The translations under genes were made by a program, and so were the position numbers. The notes below the pieces were generated by a model. It had not been told where the DNA came from. It saw only the letters and a program-made list of their open reading frames with translations, and searched no databases. This document shows positions 51,872 to 64,000 of a stretch of DNA of 64,000 nucleotides, piece by piece (within the stretch, counting starts at the first letter, position 1; each line of letters starts with the position of its first letter). Source of the stretch: Lingula anatina (lineage: Eukaryota; Animalia; Brachiopoda); assembly GCA_051362555.1 (NCBI GenBank), contig CM120648.1:14318587-14382586 (forward strand), in the 5' to 3' direction.

Positions 51872-54022
51872 TAAGTCTTACCCTAACTCTAGCCCTAAGT
51901 CTTACCCTTACTGTAAAATTAACCCCACTTTTTGAAGTGTGACCCCTGAAAATTAGCCCTATCTTTTAAGTGTTACTTTAAAATCAACCCTTCCTTTCAC
52001 CCCCAATCCATAAAAAAACAATTTATTGAATAAATAACAGACAATAGTGTATGTATAAAATTCACTTTGTTTATTATTATTGTCATCTGGATGGCATCCA
52101 ATGGACTTCTGTGGCGCTTGTCATGCATATATCTTTTCTGTACTGTTAACTTTTTCTGGTCTTGAGTCATACATTTTATGTTTTCTTAAAACAGGTCTTG
52201 TCAGTGGTTTACTGCTTCTGCTTCTGGCTGTTACTATTAAATTGCTGAGAGAGCACGTACTGCATTTGTCTATTTTGTAGCCAATAGCTTGTCTTAATTT
52301 ATCTTTATCCTCATCAGTCATACAGTATGTAACCTGTAGCTATGTTGAGCATAAATATGTCTGTTTTTGTCGCTGTACATATGTGTAAGCTTTAGATAGA
52401 ATTATCTCATTGGGGGTTCTTGCTAAATTGCAATGGCCTTAAGAGGCTTAGATCATCTGTCACACCCACCCCTATAGGGGGTAATTAACTATCGTCTAGC
52501 AGATTGAGCAGGCATGTCAGACATCTAAGCCACTTAAGGTGAAAGCAATTTAATTTAGCAAAAAATCCCTTGGAGATGGATCAATCCTGTTAGATCGATT
52601 GAGGTATAGGAACCAAGTCTTAGATCCTACTCAGTTTCAGATATGTGAAAGTGAAAAGGGTCAATGTGAACTCATGCATGGGTGAAAGGAGGAGGGGAGG
52701 AGGTGCTGAGCAAAAATCTCTGTCAGTCTTTCAAATCTTTATATAAACAAAATTTCATTGTTACATTGTTATGCCTGTGCACTGTCTGTTGGGACACTGT
52801 ATGTATCTGTATATATATTCTGATTACTGTGTATGTCTGTTTTGCTGCTGTTTATGTGTTTATTATAATATAATAATATATATTTTGATCACTGTGTTAT
52901 ATCTGTGTTGAAACTGCTGTATGTGTCTGTATATATTCTTAATTGATGATAGTTCTTTGATTTCCGTGCAGATGTAGGTGTATCTCTTGGATTATCACAC
53001 CAAGGACAGCTAAACTCATCATCACCATCAAGATCTACAGTGTTGCAGCCTCAGAACAGGTCAGTGCAACAATGATATTTCTATACTGGTGATTCTCTTT
53101 AGTCCCCTTTTTAATGCCACCACTAAATGTATAGTAGGTATCTGGAATATTAATATCCTTTTGTAAAATGGTCAGTTAGATCCTACTCAGTTTCATATAT
53201 ACATGTATGTGTTCAACATTAAAAGGGTTAATGTGAACTCTTGGGGGTCTGAACAAAAATCTGTCAGTCTTTCAAATCGCTATATGGACAAAATTTCATG
53301 TATACCTTTTGATGCCTGTGTACTGTATTTTGTCACGTTATATGTGTGTGTCTGATATTCTGATCACTGTGTGTGTGTCTGTTTTGTCCCTGTGTGTGTG
53401 AACTCGTATATTTCAATTCTGATCACTGTGTATGTGTCTGTTTTGTCCCTGTGTGTGTGAACTCGTATATTTCTATTCTGATCACTGTGTATGTGTCTGT
53501 TTTGTCCCTGTGTGTGTGAACTCGTATATTTCTATTCTGATCGCTGTGTTATGTCTGTGTTATAATTATATATCTGCAAATATTATTTTTTGAAGATGTC
53601 TCTTATTTCAGTAGAGATGAATGCATGTCGCTATTATTATCACAATGAGGATCGAGAGTTAAATTCCTTATCGATATCAAGATCAACAACCTGGCTGCCT
53701 TAAGACAGGTCAGTGCAATAATGATATTGCATAAAACTGGTGTTCTCTTCAATCACTTTGTGAACACCACCACTATATGCATATGTACCTGGAATAGTAT
53801 CATTTTGTAAAATGGTCAATTAATTATTTCCACTCACTTTTATATATGTTCAAAGTGAAAAGGTTCGCGTGAACTCGGGGGTGGGGTGGGGGTTGCTTAG
53901 CAGAAATATCTGACAGTCTTTGAAATCAATTCATAGACAAAATTCCATTAACACATTCTGATGCCTGTGTGCTGTCTGTTGTGACAGTGTAAGACTGGGT
54001 TCCCATACTTAGATTGATCCAT

Positions 54023-54626
54023 CCCAGCAGGCATAGTTGCATTGGTTCAACGTTGAAAACAGGTTGATACATTTTATATACACGCCATCTTTTGTACTCA
54101 TGGCCACTATAATGAAGTGGGCACCTGAAAGACAACATCATAAGAAGTGAATGGAAAAAAGCAGGACTCTCGCCTGGGTATGAGATTAAAAACATATATA
54201 TATATGTCATAAACAATTAAATAGTCAGGATTACATTTGTCACCCGATTTAAATCTTCCTAAGTCAAATTGGAATTTTGATCCTGAATAAGCCAAATTAA
54301 AATCTGAAAATAAAATTTGACTATGGTTGATTTTACACCAGCCTGGGCCCAGTTTTATAAAGGACGTTTAGCACTAACCAGTGTTTAACTCTAACCAGAC
54401 CTAAATAATCTGTTAGTAAACTGACCTTTAAATAATTATTTAATCCAGTTAAACACTGGCCAGTTAACTAATTGGCTGTTTTCCGTCAGAAGACTGTATA
54501 TAAAACACATTTTAACCATCTTTTAGTTAATGGGTGTTAGGGGAATTTATCCACTGGTTAGGCTTATCCACTGGTTAGTGTTAAACGTCCTTTATAAAAC
54601 TGGGCCCTGCTGGATTTTAATCTGGC

Positions 54627-54707
<81 letters not shown>

Positions 54708-54971
54708 AAAAGAACAATATATGTTTATCAAAACCTTGGAAATTTTAACTTAAAGGCCGTACATTTCTACCCTACATATATTTAGCCATCAAACATGCCC
54801 AACTGCTAAACACATCCAGGCTTATTTCCCGCTGGGTAGGGTTGATATAATATTGTTTCTGACGTTGATACATTGTTATCTGAGGTTGACACAACTTTCA
54901 AATCCAATGTTTACTCAACGTTATGGTTCAACGTTGTTTCAACCTTAAAAAAACAAAATTTGCCTGCTGGG
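54023..54971. mobile_element. CCCAG-ended non-autonomous element with 2-bp TSD (animal EnSpm/CACTA-like)
   Basis: cccagcaggca / tgcctgctggg; TSD at; subterminal caacgttg repeats; internal (TA)n. Confidence 0.85.
54346..54606. mobile_element. Harbinger-type MITE with CWG TSD
   Basis: ggcccagttttataaaggacgttt / aaacgtcctttataaaactgggcc; TSD ctg. Confidence 0.88.
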
Positions 54972-55285
54972 ATCTGGATCGACCTTATTCCCTAGGGGTT
55001 CACGCTAAATTGCTATCAGCTCAAGAGGCTTAAATGGCTGTCACACCTACCAAATTAGCTAGGGGTAAAGATAATTACGCTGTAACAGCTTTACTAGGCG
55101 TGACAGGCGTTTAAGCTGGTTAGTTTGATAGCAATTTAGTGAGAATCCCAAGGGAGATAGATCGATCCAAATATTTGTGGGAATGGTCCCTATGTGACTG
55201 TATATTTTTATCACTGTGTCTGTTTTGTTGCTGCACCTATGTGTTTATTGTAATATAATAATATATATTTTGATCACAGTGTTTT

Positions 55286-55778
55286 CCCAGCAGGCATAGT
55301 GACGTTGGATCAACGTTGAAAACAGGTTGATACATTGAATTAACGTTGATCTACCTAAATTCAACGTAAAATCAACGTTGATCCAACTCTGTCATAATGT
55401 ATTTTGGTTATTGACTCAATGTTGTTGTTTGGTCGTCATGATGCAAGACATGGATTGTAATTTAAAATTTTAATTATTGAAAATGTGATACTTTGTTAAT
55501 CAATACTGTAACTAACTTTATCAAAAAATTTAAAAAAGCGTTTTAAAGTATAAGTGACAGTTGTTTTGTGTCTTTAGTGAATTAGTGAATTTTCTTAACT
55601 TGTTATTTAGAAATACATTCCAATAAACTTCCTTGCAAGGTCATCTAACACTAGGATGAATAAGTTGCTGTAATTGTGATGGAGTGAAGTTAAATCAAAG
55701 TTGACAGTTCTTGGTACCCTGTCATAGATAGACAGGTTGAGGTGACTGTGACTTTGTTATATATATATATATTTTTTT

Positions 55779-55836
<58 letters not shown>

Positions 55837-56224
55837 TAAACCTGGGAAATCCTAACTTAAAGGCCATACATATATACCCTACATATATTTAGCCATCAAA
55901 CATGTCCTACTAGTGCAAACACATCTAGGCTAAAAGGGTGCAAAACATGCTTAGGAGCTAAATGCGTTGAAAAAATCAAACAAAGCAGGCACTTGGATGT
56001 TTTTACAGTGTACGTTATAATTGAGTCCTGTGTTTTGTACAAAAAAAACATTTCAGGTCATTTTGATGTCTTTTCATGCAAGAATGTTGTCTAACAACTG
56101 GGGTTGATACAATGTTGTTATCTGACGTTGATCCAACTTTCAAATCCAACGTTTATCTAACATCCTATCAATGTTATAGTTCAACGTTGTTTCAACGTTA
56201 AAACAACATAATTTGCCCGCTGGG
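55286..56224. mobile_element. Second CCCAG-ended EnSpm-like element
   Basis: cccagcaggca / tgcccgctggg; TSD tt; shares ends and the (TA)n-adjacent block with 54023-54971. Confidence 0.85.
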
Positions 56225-57524
56225 TTGTCTGTGTTGTAACTACTATATGTGTCTGCATATTTTCTTTATTGATCATATGTACTCTGATTTCAGCACAGTC
56301 GAAAGTGTATCTCTTGGATTATCATCACACTGAGGACAGCTAAACTCATCATCACCATCAAGATCTACAGTGTTGCAGCCTCAGAACAGGTCAGTGCAAC
56401 AATGATATTTCTATACTGATTATTGTGTATATATGTCTTTTTTGTTGCTGTATATGTGTTTATTATAATATAATATATTTTGATCACTGTGTTATGTCTG
56501 TGTTGTAAATACTGTATGTCTCTGCATAAATTTAAATTATTTATTGATGAACAGATATGATCTTTGATTTCAGCTCAGATGAAGTTGTGTTTCTTGGATT
56601 ATCATCACACTGAGGACAGTTAAACTCATCATTACCATTAAGATCTACAATGTCAGTTTCATCTTGAGTGAGAGATCAACTGGAACAGCATTTGGTCAAG
56701 CATTGCAGGGCTTGTAGAGCCAACACTACCCAAACTTTAGAGCAGTTTAAGCACAATGAACTCAGATAGGAGACTGCAGATTGAAGGCTGTCGTCACACA
56801 TTGTCAAACAAAGAAGAAGCAAATAGATTTCTGCTCTGGGTACCCACACATGGCTTATTGGGCACACAAAAGTTACGTCCAAGTTCTCCTTGAGGACACT
56901 AGCTTGGAGCACATAGAGGACTGTAGTGTATGGAAGTCTATTTATCCTGTCGCCTAATTAATGATATTGATGGTCAACTGCAGTTGATATGATGATGACG
57001 ATGAATTATTCAACAATGCATCTATCTTTGTGCTGATTTAAAACAATAAAAATCTCTCAAAAATATAAAATGTTGGCATTTATATTTCTCGTTGCAATGC
57101 ATATTGCTATTGTTGCAATTTTTGTACAGAGGTGAACTCAATAGAAATGTTCTGTTTTTTTATTTTTTTTCATTGTTGGCCTGGTGAATGAAGTCAATGA
57201 AGCAAATGACAGTTGTGCAACTTATTGGAAATTTCACTTTTTTTATTTTTTTACAAACAGTAAATGCACAAATCCAATCTTATTTAAATTTGTACATGTA
57301 TAATATCAATATGAATTTGTAGTATTAAAATATCTTGTATTCTTTTCACTACTTTAGTTTACTTGTATATGTTTTCAAGAAGCAGCATCACAGTTTTGGA
57401 GTAAAAACAAATGAATTCCAAATATCAACTAACATCAGTACAATTTCAAGGTGCATTATAAAAATAGATCATATACTTCATTTCTGCTGCTCCCAACTGC
57501 AAACAAAATGCATTACAATCTCAA

Positions 57525-58460
57525 TGTAGCTCTCAAGCTCTCTTTACTTTTGTATGATACACTTTTTTTGCTAATCAGCTGCAATTTTTTTCCAACATCT
57601 AGCAAAAGCATCATCCCTTATAAGGGTCACGTACTTAATTACAGCTTTGAAGAAGTAGAAGCTAGTGCTATCATATCCAGTTTGGGAAGATCTCCCACAC
57701 CACCACTTCTTCACAAGTTCGGATGCTATCAATTTATCATATATATAATGTGAGCTATGGCCTCACCCTGGTAAGACACTCATAAATCTTTGTTAAACAC
57801 TGATCTAGCAACAATATCATCCTGTCTAAAGAAATTGGTTATCTTTATAATTTACAACAAACAAGCTGCCTCTAATGAGGACCTTGTTTAATCCAGGAAA
57901 AAGCTGTTTCCAGGTTTGCTGCCCTGATTCCAAGACGTACTTCAGTATATTCAGTATATTTAAATGATATAGTGTCCCACTTCCTTTCTCCTGCTGCTAA
58001 CACAGGCAAACTGCACATAACAAGTCATGTATGTCACATTTTCTTCCTCCTCGGTGGTCAGTTCTCCATCCATGTGTTCCTTGAGTACCCTTTGTTCTGC
58101 ATGATCATGCAGTTAGATTGTTCTCTACAAGTACAGACAGTAGATTGTGTAGCAGATGTGGGTCAAGACTAGAGCATATTCTAAGATGCTGAAGAAATTC
58201 ATTGAACTCGAACATAACTTCTAATATACTCATGTTATAGAGTTTCTTAAATACCACCATTCTAGAATTGCAGGACGGTTTAAGGTCGTTTCGCCTACAG
58301 AACGCTTTAAACAACTTGTCACTTCTGAAGTATCATCTCACTTGCTGAGGTTTGCTTGCTGTATCCCTGCCCCTGGCTGGCTTCTGAAGTATCATGTCAC
58401 TCTCAACTTTTTTCAGTGCCTCCAGGAAAAGTCCCTTCATTTAAAGTCCTCCCACTTGCC
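57525..58460 (-). pseudogene. Decayed ORF of a probable transposon accessory protein
   Basis: Fragments LFKAFCRR...LLHNLLSVLVE, GELTTEEEENVTYMTCYV, YVTLIRDDAFARCW and KKSVSYKSKESLRATLRL* stay collinear across frameshifts. Confidence 0.45.
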
Positions 58461-58699
58461 TGCTGCATGGTGTTTCCTGAAACAATGCACGGTCACATCT
58501 AAGTACATGTAACTGCAGTCAGATATTTGAAAAATTGACTTATGCAGGTGTTTACTTCCTACTATACTATGAAGTGCACTTTTCTTCCTCTAAGTATTAA
58601 AATTAACTATTTCTGGAACTAAAGGAAGACATTAACACGTCTTCCCAGCTTTATTTGTACTTGAAACTTGCATTGGGTAACTTAAAGAGATAACAACTG

Positions 58700-58975
58700 T
58701 TTATTTTGGCCAAAAGATGAATTTTCCTGGGGCAAACAACAATTTTCCCATACTTACCAATGGTTAATAAATCCATTTCTACATTCAAAGTTGGTCCCTG
58801 TTTTTTTTCTAAAAAATTTGTGTTTTTGTAATAATCTCTAAAGAGATTATTATGGAGTATAGCCATCTATGGAGGTCACATGGTCCTATGACAAGCACAA
58901 ATTTCAAAATAATTGCAATAACTGCCATTGTATTGGTTGTAAAATATAGATCTCATACGAAGAGTTGTTATCCCT
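58700..58975 (-). repeat. Interspersed repeat, inverted homologue of 19490-19780
   Basis: Shares the motifs listed for 19490-19780 in reverse-complement order. Confidence 0.7.
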
Positions 58976-60360
58976 TCAACTCTGTATAAATTGTTTTTCT
59001 AATGGGGTCAAGCTAATTCAATATTATTAAAAATATTATCAATTTTATGGGTATTATTATTATTATTATTAAGAATTTTTAGCTTTAACTTAAGGGATAA
59101 CATGTCTCAAGGAAACTGGTGTTTTATTAATTCAACAGCCATGGCATTATGTCATATCGACATTTACCGGTGACTTACCATAATGATTCTCTTTGTCATG
59201 CATTTTGGCTACGTTTCATCAACCAAGAATTACATATATATTTCTTCTTACAGTATGGGCAAGCTGTACCAGCAGCGACACCATCTGCTTCGAGCGAAGG
59301 TATTACGATTTCTTGACCCAAATCTTCATCTTATGATTTGTGCTCCATTGAGTCAAGTAATTCAAGGTAGCCACCCTCAGTCTCCACCTCATGATCCCTT
59401 TTTATAATATAGAATGTGGTATATATATATATTCTGCAATAATATCATTAAAATCTTCCCCAGCATAAATTTTGCCTGTGTTCTTATAGTGTTAAAGAAT
59501 CCATGTAATTCCTTCTGATGGAACAAGTGCAACTTGTATCTTTATATCTAATATTATTTTTATGCTAGGACATACTGCAGTGATAAAATTCTTTAAAATA
59601 TTTTATGCCTGATGAATTATGAGTCCTGTCTATTCTTTCATACAACACCCATGAACAATTGGACAATAAATTAAAAACAACTAAACTTGCCCCTTTACAC
59701 AGCAAAGCGACTCAGTACATTTTAAGTAGAACAAAAATTCGGTTTGGAAGTCATGGGGGGAATATCCCCAAAATTGTGCAAAAAAAAAAAAAAACGGAAT
59801 AATTACTGTAAATGTTAACCAAGCATGCCAATTTTTTTAAAGCAACCTGCCTCTTAACCAAGCTAAGCCATTCAAAATTTAGAGTAAAACAAGATACGGT
59901 TTGGAAGTTATGTGGCAAACGTCACCAAAATTGTGCAAAGGCAAGCTGTACCAACAATGACCCTACTTGCTAAAATTGTGCAAAAAAGGGAAGTTTGGCA
60001 TAGAGAAACAATGTTTTAGGTTTTAATTAACTGCAAACTTTCATTAGCTGGGGTAACGGCATCTGGTATTACCAGGTTATGAGTGTAAACAGGGAATGGC
60101 ATCTGGAGATCACTGCATTAAGCTGCTTGAAAATTCTTTGTCCAATCAGGGAGACCCAGAAGCTTTGAAGCGTCACTTTTGTCAAAATTCTGCAGTACTG
60201 AATCTGGGGCCCTCTTTTAGGTACGTGCTATCGCACGTATACAATAAACGCTAATACTCTTCCTTACTTTGCTATTAGCTCTTTGCTGAAAGCATAGTGT
60301 TAAGGATTAATTATACCAATTTGAGTCTCACTGACAAATTTTTGTTCAGTTTGTGACTAC

Positions 60361-60580
60361 CTGCTCCTCTTTTGTTACAATTTTGTTTGTGTGACTCTCG
60401 GATCCAACCAAGTTTTAGGAGACTTACGTGAAACAGAACATTCATCTTTACAAATTAGTAATTTGCACCTCAATGACAATGTTTGTTTTCCATACCATTT
60501 GTGTCTGCTTTTCTTTTGTTATGACTTTGTGTGTGGGACTCGCGTATCCAGCCAAGCTTTAGGAGACTCATACGTGAAGT
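60361..60580 (+). repeat. Diverged direct duplication, period ~144 bp
   Basis: ctgct..tcttttgtta...gactc.cg.atcca.ccaag.tttaggagact.acgtgaa at 60361 and 60505. Confidence 0.75.
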
Positions 60581-60930
60581 GGATCATTCATTATTACAAG
60601 TAAGATTTTATTTTCATCACATTTAAGTTAAGTTTTGAACACAGTTGACCATGGTGGTTCTCGCCATTGGTCACTCTTTTGTTCATAGGCTTCATTCATA
60701 TCTTGACCAAGGTTGGGAGAAAGATTTTGGATTTCCCAATGTTGTACACTGACATGGTGCTGGGGGCCATACGGTCCTGAAACTGGCCAGGTATAACTTG
60801 GCTGTCCTTCACTGGGTCCACCCTGCCTTGGTTATTTGGGTTCAAAAACTAATTATATCAAAAAATATGGTCTCAAAGTTTTTAAAGACTGTCAGTATGT
60901 TATGGTTTACAGGTAAATTTCTTGGCTAAT

Positions 60931-60933
<3 letters not shown>

Positions 60934-60987
<54 letters not shown>

Positions 60988-61691
60988 TATGTCCGTTTCA
61001 TCCAAGTAATGTACACTCAGGAATCATAAGTCAAAGGATTATATTGGCATTTTGAAGCCAGTCTTTAGCTTTTTCGTCTAACGACTTAAGTGAGTCCAAC
61101 CCTGGACACTGATGCAGCTGACAAGTCTCTACGATGTGGTTGGCTGTCTGTAGGGGGGCACCACACTCACATGCTGGAGACTGACAGAGCCTCCATTCAA
61201 ACAAGTTAGCACGGAAACGGCCATGACCTGTTCTGATGCGGTTCAGTCGAGTCCATGATAGGCGATCCAGCTCATGTCCAGATGGTCAGGTGCTCACTTC
61301 AGGAATGAAATCACGCAGTCTGCCATTTTTTTTGCTCTCCTCTAACTTTCGTAAGTATGGAATCAGTGGAGCCCTTGAGGAAAGCCTGGTAAATTCCTCA
61401 TCTTGACGGAGTCACTGGAACAATAGATGTTCTGGCTCATGTGCTCTGTTGGCCAGTTGGAGACAGCGCTGATCCCGTCTGATATCTGGGGGAAGTATGC
61501 CGTTTAGCACCGGGAGATATGGTTTTGGTGTTGATCTCAGACATCCTATGATAAGCCTCATGCTGTTGTTTAGGGCTGCATCAATTGTCTTTGTATGGCT
61601 ACTCCTGCACCACACAGGGGCGCAATATTCTGCAGTGGAGTAAGCCAGGGCAAGGGAGGTAGTTCTCAGGGTGGGAAAGTTTGCCCCCCAG
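60934..61691 (-). mobile_element. 5'-truncated non-LTR retrotransposon, Ingi/Vingi-like
   Basis: WGANFPTLRTTSLALAYSTAEYCAPVW...LRSTP..LPVL..I.PP.IRR; WTRLNRIRTGHGRF...CECGAPLQTANHIVETC; (TA)n tail; TSD ggctaatga at 60924 and 61692. Confidence 0.88.
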
Positions 61692-61725
61692 GGCTAATGA
61701 GTAATAAGTATAGAGACCATTCCCA

Positions 61726-62055
61726 GGGACTATCATACTAACTTTGGATCAAACTATCTCCAAGGGGATACTCGGTTAATTGCAATTAACTTGGGCGATT
61801 TAGTTGTCTGTCACACCTGAAGCTGATAGGGGTTATCTAACAGGATCAGTCCATCTCTAACGGGTTACTCGCTACATTCTATCAGCTTAAGGAGCTTAGA
61901 CGTCTGACACGCCTACTAAAGCTGCTAGACGATAGTTAATTACCCCCTATCAGCTTCAGTGGGCGTGACAGACATCTAAGCCATTTAAGTCGATTACAAT
62001 TTAGCGAGAAGCCCCTCTGAGATAGTTTGACCTAAAGTTAGTACTATACAGTCCC
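61726..62055. mobile_element. Palindromic MITE related to the element inside the array units
   Basis: gggact..tactaactttggatcaaactatctc / gagatagtttgacctaaagttagtac..agtccc. Confidence 0.65.
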
Positions 62056-62401
62056 TAAATGTCAACACACAAAAAGACTACTTGACACATTCAAGAAAAT
62101 CCCACAAGACATAGTAGGTATGGTTCATAACTTGGCAGAAAAGACTTTATTAAGTAATGATACAGATGACCCAATACATACAATTATATTTATGTACATG
62201 AAATATTAATTATACCAGTTTAAACTTCACAAAAACAAAGCTCAGCTGTGATAGGCTTCTAACCAGCCTTAAAATGTGTACTTGGTCAAGAGTACATTTG
62301 GATTAAAAATTAAAGCCAGAAATAATCTCATGATTATTGGAAATTGTGGCATGCATGTCCTACTATGCTGAACAAATTTTTTATGATGATAAATGATATA
62401 C

Positions 62402-62433
<32 letters not shown>

Positions 62434-62437
<4 letters not shown>

Positions 62438-63028
62438 AAAGGCCTGAATCAAATCTATTCCCATGCATAAAAAGCCCAGACCCCATGTTTATTACGCCCT
62501 GGCTGGGCCCGTTCTTTATGGTGTCTTTGCATTGTTAACAGCATAATGGGCAAGTTAATTGACCAAGTTAATTGGCCAAGCTGCCAGTTTGTTTGTAAGG
62601 CATGTGCAGGGGATGTCTTATATCAAGGCACATATTATGATACTTACAGGTGTGGCAAATGAACCCACCTTTAATTTAACATTTCTTTAGTAAATGTTAC
62701 TAAATCAATCTACATGTCTTTTCTTTAAACATTAAATATCTTTAAAGTATCACCCTCAGATGTATTTTACAAACCACAGGTAATGAAATACAACTGTATC
62801 TCATTTGCTACACCTGTAAGTACCGTATCATAATATGTGCCTTCATATAAAACATCCCCTGCACATGCCATACAAACAAACTGGCAGCTTGGCCAATTAA
62901 CTTGGTCAATTAACTTGCCCATTACACTGTGAACAAAGCAAAGACACCAAAGGATAGGCCCAGCCAGGGCGTAATAAACATGGGGTCTGGGCTTTTTATG
63001 CATGGGACTAGATTTGGTCCGGGCCTTT

Positions 63029-63032
<4 letters not shown>
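62434..63032. mobile_element. MITE with ~230-bp TIRs embedded in (TA)n
   Basis: tgtcaaaggcc... / ...ggcctttgaca; arms 62434-62662 and 62801-63032; TA runs on both flanks. Confidence 0.9.
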
Positions 63033-63071
<39 letters not shown>

Positions 63072-64000
63072 TTCCACGATACTGGCATGGGTAACAACAA
63101 TGGGACAAGGGCATCAAAATTTCAACATGACACTGATCTTGTGAGCAAACTTTTGGTATTTTGCTTTATATTCATGAATTTGGTAAATGTAACATAAAAC
63201 ACATTTAAATAATCAGGGAAGAGTACACTTGACTTCTCAGAGTTGGAAAAGCACACTGCGATCCTAAATTAAACAATGATGATATGAAATCATCTCTCAT
63301 GCATTACATGCCAAAAAGTGGGAACTGGATATAGCTAATTTAGTAAGTCTCATTTAATATTTATTTGATCGGGTCATTATGTCATCAGTGGAAATTTTCG
63401 CTATATCATTAGTCATTGGGCCAAATCTAAATGGGTAACAAAACTACAGGCTAGCTGTGGTTTCGCTGTCATACCATAACACACTCAGATGACAGGATTT
63501 CCTTACATCTTGGTGTTTTATGAAAAGCAGAATGTATTCCAGGTATTTAAATCCTGAAATTGAACGGTTTGTTTAGTTCACATGTATGGAAGATCATACT
63601 TTGTAGTGAAGTTGAAAACAAAAATGTTGGTAATGCACCATAACCCATTTTCGTCACCCATCAAAAATTGCAATGTAGGACAAATTTTTGTATTTCTGTA
63701 GTGTGTCTGCTGTAAATGATCCCTGAGATGACCAAAATACATGGCAATACTATTCTGAGAGTTTTCTTTTCCATAATGTACAGCAGCAAAACATACTGGT
63801 GTGTCTGTATCCCAAATTTAAGTACTGTTTGGCTGTAATTTTCGGCTTAGAATTAAAAAGCGTAAAATACACAGCAATGTTTGGAAACACAAAATTGTTT
63901 GTTAAAATAAGACATCCATCCCCTATCACATGAAAGCACTCTCATTGTAATCAAACACACAGAAATATTTTGTCAGACTTCATAGATGATAACCCACTGT

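Larger units (their letters stand above)
40426..52340 (+). repeat. Eighth, more diverged array unit, split by the Gypsy element (40426-40771 plus 50388-52340)
   Basis: The unit sequence cctcccctc|tgctgcattttag is split exactly by the LTR element; many substitutions and small deletions relative to units 1-7. Confidence 0.92.
52647..56650 (+). repeat. Degenerate tandem modules with exon-like segments, right block
   Basis: 52647-52940 is nearly identical to 12742-13050; exon-like segments at 52967-53059, 53612-53708, 56294-56389 and from 56574; local ~60-bp triplication at 53355-53550. Confidence 0.82.

Noticed and set aside
56294-56389. Minus-strand DLDGDDEFSCPQCDDNP as a KDZ/Zisupton CxC motif
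   Set aside because: It is preceded by an in-frame stop in both module subtypes, the cysteines are not kept in subtype B, and splice-like signals lie on the plus strand. Not fully excluded.
1-64000. tRNA, rRNA or intact host protein-coding gene
   Set aside because: No cloverleaf or rRNA motifs were recognised, and no uninterrupted ORF or credible exon chain was found. Small host exons could have been missed.

Overview
AT-rich animal genomic DNA (repeat types suggest a mollusc or other lophotrochozoan; inference) made almost entirely of transposable elements and their debris. I found no intact protein-coding or RNA gene, and most listed ORFs are spurious. Main structures: (1) two inverted copies of a Helentron/HINE-like element carrying a 146-bp internal satellite (49-1510, 4889-6765); (2) many MITEs with readable TIRs and TSDs; (3) decayed Tc1 and THAP transposon genes (17.5-20.7 kb); (4) a young tandem array of seven 1.7-3.1 kb units (21244-40425), each holding the same dead DDE-transposase fragment, bracketed by older copies; (5) a Gypsy LTR retrotransposon (40772-50387) inserted in an eighth unit, with a three-LTR layout, a ComEA-like helix-hairpin-helix at the Gag N-terminus, a third zinc-finger ORF that may be spliced, and insertions in two LTRs; (6) tandemly repeated ~96-bp exon-like modules on both sides of the array; (7) heavily decayed transposon-like genes and an Ingi/Vingi-like LINE near the right end. 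All family names come from motif recognition by eye, not database searches.
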